Below are positions 1-8,532 of a stretch of DNA of 64,000 nt, piece after piece; position 1 is the first letter of the stretch, and each line of letters begins with the position of its first letter. The DNA comes from an uncultured Candidatus Rokubacteria bacterium (lineage in GTDB: Bacteria; Methylomirabilota; Methylomirabilia; Rokubacteriales; DASRDR01). A model generated the notes under the pieces. It did no database searches and was not told the DNA's origin. It saw only the letters and a list, made by a program, of their open reading frames with translations. The DNA is taken from the NCBI GenBank assembly GCA_963826115.1, contig CAWGVS010000005.1, forward strand, positions 1,088,001 through 1,152,000, in the 5' to 3' direction. A program made the translations under genes and the position numbers.

Positions 1-130
1 CGCTGCGCGCGGCGTCGTACGCCCGTCGTCCGACGTCGGTCAGCGGCGCGGCGCCCGCCGGCCCCGCCGTCAGCGCAAGCGCGAGGCCGACCGCGAGGAG
101 ACCGGGTCGACACCTCGCGCGCGGCGTCAC
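1..130 (-). CDS. Secreted protein, N-terminal part (runs off window start)
   Basis: GTG at 130 reads VTPRARCRPGLLAVGLALALTAGPAGAAPLTDVGRRAYDAARS, a signal-peptide-like sequence; the start overlaps a TGA (GTGA). Not in the ORF track. Confidence 0.55.
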   Translation of the reverse strand, partial: MTPRARCRPGLLAVGLALALTAGPAGAAPLTDVGRRAYDAARS

Positions 131-376
131 TCTGGTGTCTCCGCCACGCGCTCCGCGATGTCAGCCTCTTGGTGGGGAGCGCTGCTCCCCCTCCCACCCT
201 CCCAGCGGCCAAGCGTCCGCGTCCCGCCCGCCGTCACTCGAGGGCCTCCGCCGAGAGCTCCGCGATGTCAGCCTCTTGGTGGGGAGCGCTGCTCCCCCCC
301 ACACCCCCCCAGCGGTCCGGCACCCGCGTCCCGCCAGCCGTCACTCGAGGGCCTCCGCCACGAGCTCCGCGATGTC
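126..376. repeat. Tandem 107-bp repeat (two full copies plus a third partial copy that is the 3' end of the Fe-S oxidoreductase gene), each full copy with a GGGGAGC-GCT-GCTCCCC hairpin
   Basis: gtcac...ctccgcgatgtc recurs at 126, 233 and 340; the two intervening ~70-nt segments are near-identical. Confidence 0.9.
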
Positions 377-2356
377 CTTCACCTGCAGCGTGTCCTCGGC
401 GCCCTTGACCTTGCGGCCGAGATCGACCATGGCGAGGCAAAACGGGCAGGCGGTCCCCACGGTAGTCGCCTTGGTCTCGAGGAGCTCGGCCACGCGGATC
501 TCGTTCACGCGCTCCTTGCCCCGGATCTCCATCCACATGTGACCGCCCCCGCCGCCGCAGCAGAGCCCCTTGTTGCGCGCGCGGGGCGGGTCGATGACCT
601 CGAGCCCCGGGATCGCGCGGAGGCTCGACCGGGGCGCGTCGTAGATCTCGTTGTAGCGGCCGATGTAGCAGGAGTCGTGGTACGCGAGGAGCTCCTCGCG
701 AGGACGGGTCAGGCGGAGCCGGCCGTCCCGGACCAGCTGGGCGATCAGGACGGAGTGGTGCACGACCTCGAACTCGCCGCCGAACTGCCGGTACTCGTTC
801 CCGATGGTGTTGAAGCAGTGGGGGCAGGCGGCCAGCACCTTCCGGAACCGGTAGCGCTTGAGGTTCCCGACGTTCTCCTTGGCGAGCGTCTGGTAGAGGT
901 ACTCCTCGCCGAGCCGCCGCGCGGCGTCGCCGCTGCATCGCTCGCCCTGCATGACCGCGAAGGAGACCCCCGCGGCCCGGAGCACCTTCACCACCGCCTT
1001 GGCAATGCTCTGGTTCCGCCGATCGTAGGAGGCCGAGCACCCGACCCAGTAGAGGTACTCGACCTCCTGCCCCTCCTGGATCCTCGGCACCTCGAGCCCC
1101 TCCGCCCAGGCCAGGCGGTCCTCGGCGGCCAGCCCCCACGGGTTGCCCGCGCGCTGCATGTTCTGGAGGCTCATCCCCGCCGTGCCCGGAAGCGCGCCCT
1201 CGGAAAGCGCCAGGTAGCGCCGGAGGTCGACGATGGTGTCCACGATGTCGATGAACGCCGGGCACGCCTCGACGCACGCCATGCAGGTCGTGCAGGCCCA
1301 CAGCTCCTCGGCCGTGATCGTCTCGCCGTGGATCGCGCGCCCGTTCCCCTCGTGCATCAGGCCGCGGAGCTTCAGGATCACCTGCTTCGGCGACAGCGGG
1401 GTGCCCGCGAGATGGGCCGGGCAGACGTCCTGGCAGCGGCCGCACATGGTGCAGGCGTCGAAGTCGAGCCGGCGCTTCCAGGAGAACTCCTCGAGCTTCG
1501 AGACGCCGAGGGACTCCGCCTCCTCGATGTTCAGGATCGGCGTGAGCTCCCCGCGCGGCGTGAGCTTCACGAGGAACGTGTTGAGCGGCGTCGTGATCAG
1601 GTGGACGAAGTACGTGTGCGGGATCAGCGCGATGAAGCCGAAGGAGATCGTGAAGTGGAAGAGCCAGGTCCCCAGGTGGAGGCCGCGGAGGGCGCCCTCG
1701 CGCATCCCGAGGCCCAGGAAGAACTGCCCGAGCGCCCAGCCGACCGGCGACCAGGGCGCCCACCAGGGTTTCACGACCGCCAGGCGGCAGGCCTCCAGCA
1801 CGAACCCCGTCACGTTGATGGCGAACAGGAGCGCCAGGAGCCACGCGAAGGACGGCGTCGGGTCGATCCGGGCGGGCCGGACGACGAACCGACGGTAGAG
1901 CGCGAGCCCGAGCCCCACCACGAAGAACAGGCCGAACAGGTCGAGCGAGAGCTCGTAGAAGAGGTAGAACGGGCCCTGGAGCAGCTTGAAGTCGAGCCCG
2001 AACGGGAGGCGCACCGTGATGTCGTAGTCGATCGTCGCGAGGATCGTCCCGAGGAGGAGCGCGCAGAACCCCCAGAACATGAGGGCGTGCATCACGCCCG
2101 GGTAGCGCTGGGTCAGGATCCGCCCCTGGAGGAGCCCGTGGCGGACGAGGAACGCGAGGCGCTCCGGGATGCGGTCCCACCGCGCCTCGGGCTTGCCCTC
2201 CCGCCACAGCGCGATCCGCTGCCACATGCCCAGGAGGAAGACGCCGACGGCGACGACCGAGAGCGCGTACAGCAGGAACTGCGCCCACGGTGGGACGTTC
2301 CAGAAGGTATCGCGGAACGGGACGTCGGAGAGGGCCAACCCGGCGGGGGCGCTCAC
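341..2356 (-). CDS. Membrane-bound heterodisulfide-reductase-like Fe-S oxidoreductase (FadF/HdrD type: TM domain, 2x4Fe-4S, two CCG domains)
   Basis: N-terminal TM helices; CTMCGRCQDVCP and CTTCMACVEACP; YWVGC, YHDSC, CCGGGGG, TACPFC. Confidence 0.9.
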   Translation of the reverse strand: MSAPAGLALSDVPFRDTFWNVPPWAQFLLYALSVVAVGVFLLGMWQRIALWREGKPEARWDRIPERLAFLVRHGLLQGRILTQRYPGVMHALMFWGFCALLLGTILATIDYDITVRLPFGLDFKLLQGPFYLFYELSLDLFGLFFVVGLGLALYRRFVVRPARIDPTPSFAWLLALLFAINVTGFVLEACRLAVVKPWWAPWSPVGWALGQFFLGLGMREGALRGLHLGTWLFHFTISFGFIALIPHTYFVHLITTPLNTFLVKLTPRGELTPILNIEEAESLGVSKLEEFSWKRRLDFDACTMCGRCQDVCPAHLAGTPLSPKQVILKLRGLMHEGNGRAIHGETITAEELWACTTCMACVEACPAFIDIVDTIVDLRRYLALSEGALPGTAGMSLQNMQRAGNPWGLAAEDRLAWAEGLEVPRIQEGQEVEYLYWVGCSASYDRRNQSIAKAVVKVLRAAGVSFAVMQGERCSGDAARRLGEEYLYQTLAKENVGNLKRYRFRKVLAACPHCFNTIGNEYRQFGGEFEVVHHSVLIAQLVRDGRLRLTRPREELLAYHDSCYIGRYNEIYDAPRSSLRAIPGLEVIDPPRARNKGLCCGGGGGHMWMEIRGKERVNEIRVAELLETKATTVGTACPFCLAMVDLGRKVKGAEDTLQVKDIAELVAEALE

Positions 2357-2364
2357 GCCCCGAG

Positions 2365-2394
2365 ATTACAGCACGCCGCCGAGACGAGGGTCAA
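2365..2394 (-). promoter_or_regulatory. Sigma70-type promoter TTGACC-N18-TGTAAT with extended -10
   Basis: -10 lies 8 nt before the GTG at 2356; no SD visible. Confidence 0.6.
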
Positions 2395-2414
2395 GGCGCG
2401 CGACCGCGCCGCCC

Positions 2415-3429
2415 TCACGGTGACGTCCGCGGGTCGAGCCTGATCCGCGCCGCGATCGCTCCGGACCGCCGTGTAGGGATCCGTTCGGCCGGCCTCCACG
2501 TCGCCGAGGAGCGTCTCGAGCGCACCGCCGTCGCCGAGCGCGCGGTCCACCGCCTGGCGCAGCTCGGCCTGGATGAGCTCGCGGAGCTCGCGCGCCCGCC
2601 GCGCCTGGCGGCGGCGCTCCAGCGTGCCGCTCGCCTCGAGCGCCGCGCGGTGGCGCCCGACGACCTCGAGGAGCTCGGCGACCCCGACGTCGTGGACCGC
2701 TTCCGTCGACAGGATCGGCACCTCCCAGTCGAGGTCCCGCGAAGCCTGCTGGCCCTCCCGGTGGAGGTGGACCATGTACTTGAGCTCGGTGAGAAGGCGC
2801 GCCGCCCCCTCGCGGTCGGCCTTGTTCACGACGAGGATGTCCGCCGCCTCGAGGAGGCCCGCCTTCATGGTCTGGATGCCGTCACCCGACTCCGGCACCA
2901 GCACCACCACCGTGGTGTCGGCCAGCCGCGCGATGTCGAGCTCCGTCTGCCCCACGCCCACGGTCTCCACGACGATCCAGTCGAACCCGGCGGCGTCGAG
3001 GAGCTTCTGAGTGTCGGCGGTGGCGCGAGAGAGCCCGCCCAGGCTCCCGCGCGTCGCCATGCTCCGGATGAACACGCCCGGGTCGAGAGTGTGGGCCTGC
3101 ATGCGGATCCGGTCGCCCAGCACCGCGCCGCCGGTGAAGGGACTCGTCGGGTCGACCGCGATGATGCCGATCGTGGCGCCGGTCTTCCGGATCGCGGCCG
3201 TGAGCCGGTCCACGAGGGTGCTCTTCCCCGCCCCCGGGGGCCCGGTGATGCCGACCGTGTACGCGCGTCCGGTCCGCGGGTGAGCCCGGCGCATCATCTC
3301 GCCGAGGCCAGGCTCGCGGCTCTCGACCCGCGTGATGAGTCGCGCGAGTGCCCGGCGGTCCCCGGCGAGCATTCGCTCGACGAGCGCGCCCGTCTTGGCG
3401 TCGAGTGCGCGGTCCCCGGCCTCGCTCAC
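2415..3429 (-). CDS. meaB: Methylmalonyl-CoA mutase-associated GTPase MeaB/ArgK (apparent +1 indel near 2460)
   Basis: GITGPPGAGKST, AVDPTSPFTGGAVLGDRIRM, ETVGVGQ, NKAD. Start GTG 3429 overlaps the upstream stop; removing one base gives ...AIAARIRLDPRTSP* ending at 2415. Confidence 0.9.
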
Positions 3430-4613
3430 GCGACGACCCCATCTCGCCGAAGCGCCGCGATCGCGGCCGCGTCGTAGCCGAGCTCGCGCAGCACCGCGTC
3501 GGTGTGCTCGCCCAGCTCCGGCGGCGCCGACTCGACACGCGCGGGCGTGCCCGACATCCGGACCGGGAACGCGACCTGGGGCACCCGCCCGAGCTTCGGG
3601 TGCTGGACCTCGGTGAAGAGGCCGCGGTGGACGAGCTGCGGGTCCTGGACCACCTCGTCCAGCGCGAGCACCGGGCCGGCGCACACGTCGCCCCGCTGGA
3701 GGAGCTCGACCCACTCCGCGCGGGTGCGGGTGCGGAACAGCCCGCGGAGCTCCGACTCGACCCGATCGCGCTCGGGCCCCTCGGCGTGCTGGCGCGACTG
3801 GAGGTCCTCCCGCCCCGCGAGCCGGCAGAAGTTCGCCCAGAACTGGGGCTCGAGCGCTCCCAGCGTCACGTGCCCGCCGTCCGACGTCTCGTAGACGCCG
3901 TAGCTCGGCCACCCGCCGTTCAGGCGCTCGCGCCCGCGCTCGGGCACGTGTCCGGTCGCGAAGTACGCGGCGAGGTGCGGGATCAGCCAGGACACGACGC
4001 CGTCGGTCATCGACACGTCGACGAACTGCCCCTGGCCGGACTCGTGCCGGTGGTGGAGGGCCGCGGCGATGGCGAACGCCGCCATCAGGGCGCCGCCGCC
4101 GAGGTCCGCCGCCTGGACGCCCGGCGTCAGCGGCGGCCCGTCGCGCGGGCCGGTGACGGACAAGGCGCCCGCGTAGCCCATGTAGTTCACGTCGTGGCCG
4201 ACGAGGTTCCGGTACGGGCCGTCCTGCCCATAGCCGGAGACCGCGCAGTAGACGAGCCGCGGGTTCTCGGAGCGGAGCGCCTCCCAGCCGAGGCCGAGAC
4301 GGTCCATCACCCCTGGGCGGAAGCTCTCGAGGAGGACATCCGCCGTGCGGACCAGGCGGCGGAAGACCGTCTTGCCGGCCTCCGTCTTGAGGTCGATCGA
4401 CACGCTCTTCTTGTTCCGGTTGAGCAGGAGGAAGTAGGCGCCCACGTCGGACCCGCCCCAGAACGGCGGCGTCCGTCGCGCGTAGTCGCCACGTCCCGGT
4501 TCCTCGACCTTGATGACCTCGGCGCCGAGGTCGGCGAAGAGGAGCGAGCAGTACGGCCCGGGCAGGAGGCGCGAGAGGTCGAGCAGCCGGAGCCCCCCGA
4601 ACGCGCCCACCAT
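3426..4613 (-). CDS. CoA-transferase family III (CaiB/BaiF)
   Basis: LLDLSRLLPGPYCSLLFADLGAEVIKVEEP, NRNKKS, ESFRPGVMDRLGLG, GHDVNY. Confidence 0.93.
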   Translation of the reverse strand: MVGAFGGLRLLDLSRLLPGPYCSLLFADLGAEVIKVEEPGRGDYARRTPPFWGGSDVGAYFLLLNRNKKSVSIDLKTEAGKTVFRRLVRTADVLLESFRPGVMDRLGLGWEALRSENPRLVYCAVSGYGQDGPYRNLVGHDVNYMGYAGALSVTGPRDGPPLTPGVQAADLGGGALMAAFAIAAALHHRHESGQGQFVDVSMTDGVVSWLIPHLAAYFATGHVPERGRERLNGGWPSYGVYETSDGGHVTLGALEPQFWANFCRLAGREDLQSRQHAEGPERDRVESELRGLFRTRTRAEWVELLQRGDVCAGPVLALDEVVQDPQLVHRGLFTEVQHPKLGRVPQVAFPVRMSGTPARVESAPPELGEHTDAVLRELGYDAAAIAALRRDGVVA

Positions 4614-4711
4614 GGGGCGATTATAGACTCAGACGCGCGGAGTCGGGTGGGGCGGCGACGCCGCCGAGGCGCCCGATGGCCGCCCCAGACGGCGCGGTGG
4701 TGGCCGGATGG

Positions 4712-5185
4712 CTAGTTCATCGGCTTCCGGAACGCGTTGTGGCAGGCTGCCGCACGTCGTGCGGCCGAAGTCCTTCATCAGGGCCTCGACCTTCGGCCTG
4801 GTCCTTCGCCCGGGCGGCGTCGCGGATTTCCTCGGCCTTTGCCTGGAGCGTCTTCGCCGCCGCCTCGAAGTCCGCCGACTTCTCCCAGATCTCGGCCTTG
4901 GCGTTCGACTTGTCGGTCATCGAGCCCTTCGGGAACAGCGACGGGAATGTGCTGGGCGTTGATCGCGATGGTCTCGGCGTTGACGGCCATCGCCTCGACG
5001 TTCCCGGCCTTGAGCTTGTCGTTCAGGTCCTTGGCGTTGGCGCCGTTGAGCTTCATGAGTCGCTGGCGGTCGGCGACCGGGTCGCCGGACCCAATGTGCA
5101 TCTGAGCCTGGCTCACGACGACCCCGAGGAGCAGAGCGACGAGGCCAACGGCGAACACGCTGGCACGAGTGACGAAGCGCTTCAT
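4712..5185 (-). CDS. Cytochrome c' (class II), split by three apparent single-base insertions
   Basis: Signal peptide, RQRLMK, ...FPKGSMTDKSNAKAEIWEKSADF, C-terminal TTCGxCHNAFRK after removing extra bases near 4940, 4795 and 4747. Confidence 0.8.
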
Positions 5186-5243
5186 CGAGCCTCCTTCGAC
5201 GGGCCGGCCGGCGTGGTCCCGGCCCGATGTGGGGTGGACGAGG

Positions 5244-6173
5244 TCACTGCTTGGTGACCTTGTTGCGCACGGCGGGAATCGTCTTCAGGTACTTCGCGAT
5301 CGCGAGCCGGTCCTGCTTCGTGAGGTGCTTGTAGCCGGCGGCGGTGCCCTCGATCACCTCCGACATGAGCCCGCCGGCCACGTCGCCGTCCGGCTTGTTC
5401 CCCGTCTCGAGGTACTCGGCGATCTCGTCCTCGGACCACGTGAGGCCGGTGTCCTTGTCGGGCGTGATGTTCGGAACGGGGTCGCCTTCGGGCCCCTTCT
5501 CCGTTCCCCCGAGAAACCGCGTGTTGTCGGTCGCCTGAGTCACCCCGCGCGGCGTGTGGCACTCCCCGCAGTGCCCCACCGCGCGCACCAGGTACTCGCC
5601 GCGTGCCACTCCGCTGGTGGGCGCCGAGGCCGGGGGCGTCTCGCGCGGAGCGAAGGCCGTCAGCCACGTCGGCAGAAAGACGCTTTCGAACAGCGGCATC
5701 GTGATCTTCTTCGGCGTGTTCGGACGGTTCACCGCGGGCAGGCTCCTCAGGAACGCCACGAGCGCGCGGAGGTCCTCGGCGGCCATCCCGTTGAAGACCG
5801 TGTACGGATGCACCGGGATGAGCCGCTCACCGTTCGGCCTCCGGCCGAGCCGGATCGCCGTGACGATCTGCTCGTCCGTCCAGTCGCCGATCCCCGTCTG
5901 CTTGTCGGGGGTGATATTCGAGGAATACACGGTCCCGAAGGGCCCCTCGTACTTCCGTCCGCCGCTGTTCACGGGACGGTCCTTCTCGGTGTGGCAGCCG
6001 CAGCCCCCGGTGGCGCCGAACACATACTTGCCGCGGGCCACCAGGTCGCGGTTCGCCGGCGCCTGGGCGGCCGCGGGCCGGGCCGCGGCCACGCCGAGGC
6101 CGAGCGCGACGCACGCGAGGGCCAGGGCGCGGACACCCTGCCGACGCCGTCGGGACTCGGTGAGCACACCCAT
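5244..6173 (-). CDS. Periplasmic diheme cytochrome c (alcohol/gluconate dehydrogenase cytochrome-subunit-like)
   Basis: Signal peptide; ARGKY..GGCGCHT and ARGEYL..GHCGECHTPR; NITPD..TG repeated twice. Confidence 0.9.
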   Translation of the reverse strand: MGVLTESRRRRQGVRALALACVALGLGVAAARPAAAQAPANRDLVARGKYVFGATGGCGCHTEKDRPVNSGGRKYEGPFGTVYSSNITPDKQTGIGDWTDEQIVTAIRLGRRPNGERLIPVHPYTVFNGMAAEDLRALVAFLRSLPAVNRPNTPKKITMPLFESVFLPTWLTAFAPRETPPASAPTSGVARGEYLVRAVGHCGECHTPRGVTQATDNTRFLGGTEKGPEGDPVPNITPDKDTGLTWSEDEIAEYLETGNKPDGDVAGGLMSEVIEGTAAGYKHLTKQDRLAIAKYLKTIPAVRNKVTKQ

Positions 6174-6194
6174 GGGTCTAACTCCTAGAACGCG

Positions 6195-6731
6195 TCAACC
6201 GGCGGACGGGTTCCACTGGCCCGGGTGATCCGCCCGCGCGTCCTCCGCGAACGGCGCCCCGTCGAGGCGCGCCTCGAGGAGGAGCGCGTCCTCCCCCGTG
6301 TCGACGTAGTAGCCACGGCGCCGGCCGACCTCGTGGAAGCCGAGCCCCTCGTAGAGCCGGCGCGCCTCGACGTTGTCCGGGCGCACCTCCAGGAAGGCCC
6401 GGCGGGCGCCGGCGGCGCGGTGCCGGACGAGCAGGGTGCCGAGGAGCAGCCGGGCGATCCCCTCGCCGCGCCACGCCGGGTCGACGGCCAGGTTCGTGAC
6501 GTGGACCTCGTCGGCCACGGCCCACAGGCAGAGATAGCCCACCACCGAGGCCGCCCCCGCCGCATCGCCGGGGCGCTCCGCCCGGGCCACCCAGAGGCTC
6601 GCGACGCGGTTCCGCTCGAGCTCGTGGACGAACGCCTGGCGCGACCACGGCGTGGGGAAGGACGCGCGCTCGATCTCCAGGACCGCGTCGAGATCCTGGT
6701 GCCGCATCGGCTCAATTCGGACGTCCGGCAT
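6195..6731 (-). CDS. rimI: Ribosomal protein S18 alanine N-acetyltransferase
   Basis: IERASFPTPWS, HVTNLAVDPAWRGEGIA, LEVRPDN..ARRLYEGLGF, RRGYY..GEDA; directly downstream of tsaB; ATG at 6731. Confidence 0.92.
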   Translation of the reverse strand: MPDVRIEPMRHQDLDAVLEIERASFPTPWSRQAFVHELERNRVASLWVARAERPGDAAGAASVVGYLCLWAVADEVHVTNLAVDPAWRGEGIARLLLGTLLVRHRAAGARRAFLEVRPDNVEARRLYEGLGFHEVGRRRGYYVDTGEDALLLEARLDGAPFAEDARADHPGQWNPSAG

Positions 6732-7431
6732 CCTGTCGTCGCTCACGCGCGAGCTCGGCCTCCGACGGACGGAGGTACAGGGGGACGAGGCTCGCCACGT
6801 CGACGGCCTCGCCCCGGGCGAGGGCCTGGCTGCCGAGCTCGCCCACGGTGACCGCCGACGGGAGCCGCAGGTCCGCCGGCCCGAGGCACGCGCGCGCACC
6901 GAGCACGTCCTGGAACACCGACCCGTACGGCACGACCGCGTCGCCCACGAAGACCACCGGCCCGGGGACGGCGGCGCCGAGCTCGTCCGCGAGAGTCGCG
7001 GGCGCGATCGCACGCGGGGCCTCCAGCACCTCGAGCCGCCCGTCCAGCGTCCGGTAGAGCCCCGCGTAGACCTCGTTCTTCTTCGCGTCCAGGACGGGGC
7101 AGACGGGATACGCGCAGTACGGGAGCCGCCACGCCAGCGCCTCGAGCGTGGGCACGCCCGCGACCGGCTTGCCGGTGGCGAACGCCAGGCCCTTCACCGT
7201 GCTGAGACCGATCCGGAGACCGGTGAACGAGCCGGGACCCAGCGCAACGGCAAATGCGTCGATCTGCGGAAGCTCCCACCGGGCCGCCCGGAGCACGCCG
7301 TCGATGGCGGCCATCAAGCGCTCGCCGTGGGTCACGGCGATGCTGACCCGGGACTCCGCGACCACGGCGCCGGAGTCGAGAACCGCCACCGCCCCGGTCA
7401 CCGTGGACGTCTCGATCGCAAGGACACGCAC
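6712..7431 (-). CDS. tsaB: tRNA threonylcarbamoyladenosine biosynthesis protein TsaB
   Basis: VLAIETST, GPGSFTGLRIG, DAKKNEVY, PLYLRPSEAE. Confidence 0.95.
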   Translation of the reverse strand: MRVLAIETSTVTGAVAVLDSGAVVAESRVSIAVTHGERLMAAIDGVLRAARWELPQIDAFAVALGPGSFTGLRIGLSTVKGLAFATGKPVAGVPTLEALAWRLPYCAYPVCPVLDAKKNEVYAGLYRTLDGRLEVLEAPRAIAPATLADELGAAVPGPVVFVGDAVVPYGSVFQDVLGARACLGPADLRLPSAVTVGELGSQALARGEAVDVASLVPLYLRPSEAELARERRQDAGRPN

Positions 7432-7545
7432 CCTCGCAGTCTAGCGACCGGTGGGAGAGAGCGTCAAGGAATGGGGCGCAACTCCACGTCCCGGTTGACA
7501 TGCGCGGTCCTCGGAGCCACGATAGTCCCCACCACCAGCGGGGCC

Positions 7546-7737
7546 ATGCAGAGGCGTCCGAGCGCAGCAGTCCGGTTCTGCAACAACCCCGCGTGCGAGC
7601 GCTGTGACCTGCATCTCCGCCCGGGGGAGATCCTCCGGAAGGACGGCCGCGAGGTGTGCCCCGCATGCCACGAGGACCTGGTGATCCAGGAGCGACGGAT
7701 CCGCGCCGTCCGCTCGAGCGGAAGGCCTCGGCGGTGA
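7546..7737 (+). CDS. Small 63-aa putative zinc-ribbon protein
   Basis: MQRRPSAAVRFCNNPACERC...CPACHEDL; TTGACA at 7495; stop overlaps the next start (GTGA). Confidence 0.6.
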   Translation: MQRRPSAAVRFCNNPACERCDLHLRPGEILRKDGREVCPACHEDLVIQERRIRAVRSSGRPRR

Positions 7738-8477
7738 CGGAGCGCCGGAGCGTGCCCTCTCGCTCGCGCCCGACGCCGCCCGCGGGACGCCCCGAGCCCG
7801 CCGCGCCGGTCACCGCTCCGGGCCCGGGCGCGCGTGAGCGGATCCACCTCGACATCCTGCGCCGGACCGGTGCGTATCGCACCGGGGACCACTTCCTCCT
7901 GCCGTCGGGACACCACGCGCCCGAGTTCATCGACAAGGCGCTGGTCACCACCGAGCCCTCGTTCACCGAGGGGCTCGGCGACGTCATCGCCAAGCACTTC
8001 GCGCCGTGGCCCGCCGACATCGTCCTGTCGACGGGCCCGGGCGCCCTGATCCTCGCCCACTGCGTCGCGCGGGCGCTGCCGTCCCGCCCGATCCTCGTCT
8101 ACGCGACCAAGGGGTTCACCGAGCAGGGACGCCGGGTGCGCCTGCCGGACGAGTTCACGCGCTTCGTCGTGAGAGGCAGCAAGGTCCTGGTCGTCGAGGA
8201 CCTCATCACGACGGGCGAGACGATCCGGCTCCTGATCCAGATGGTCGAGGCCGCGGGGGGATCGGTGGTCGGGATCGGCTGCCTCTGGCAGCGGGCGACG
8301 AAGGTCGACCTGGGGACGGACGTCTTCAGCCTGGTGAAGCGGGACTTTCCCACCTACGAGCCGGCGAGCTGTCCCCTGTGCGCCCGGGGACTCGCGCTGA
8401 ACGCGGAGTTCGCGCGCGCCGAACCCCCGGTCGAGGAGTCGCTCGAGCCGCCGCGCGCGCGCCGGCGACCGTCCTAG
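7734..8477 (+). CDS. pyrE: Orotate phosphoribosyltransferase-like PRTase
   Basis: HFLLPSGHH, PRPP loop VLVVEDLITTGET, C-terminal CPLC as in Thermus-type PyrE. Confidence 0.7.
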   Translation: MTERRSVPSRSRPTPPAGRPEPAAPVTAPGPGARERIHLDILRRTGAYRTGDHFLLPSGHHAPEFIDKALVTTEPSFTEGLGDVIAKHFAPWPADIVLSTGPGALILAHCVARALPSRPILVYATKGFTEQGRRVRLPDEFTRFVVRGSKVLVVEDLITTGETIRLLIQMVEAAGGSVVGIGCLWQRATKVDLGTDVFSLVKRDFPTYEPASCPLCARGLALNAEFARAEPPVEESLEPPRARRRPS

Positions 8478-8532
8478 CCGAGCCGCGCGGCACCGGCCCT
8501 GACGGGCCAGCCGGGCCGCAGAAGAGCCCGGC

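Noticed and set aside
126-376. Possible CRISPR array (~37-nt repeat, three copies)
   Set aside because: The ~70-nt 'spacers' are near-identical to each other, the repeat is a gene 3' end, and no cas genes are present.
4712-5185. Cytochrome c' as a pseudogene or programmed frameshift
   Set aside because: No slippery sites; removing three bases restores a full protein, matching the window-wide error pattern.
7657-7671. CPACH in the small ORF as a c-type heme site
   Set aside because: No export signal, and a second Cys cluster is present, which favours a zinc ribbon.
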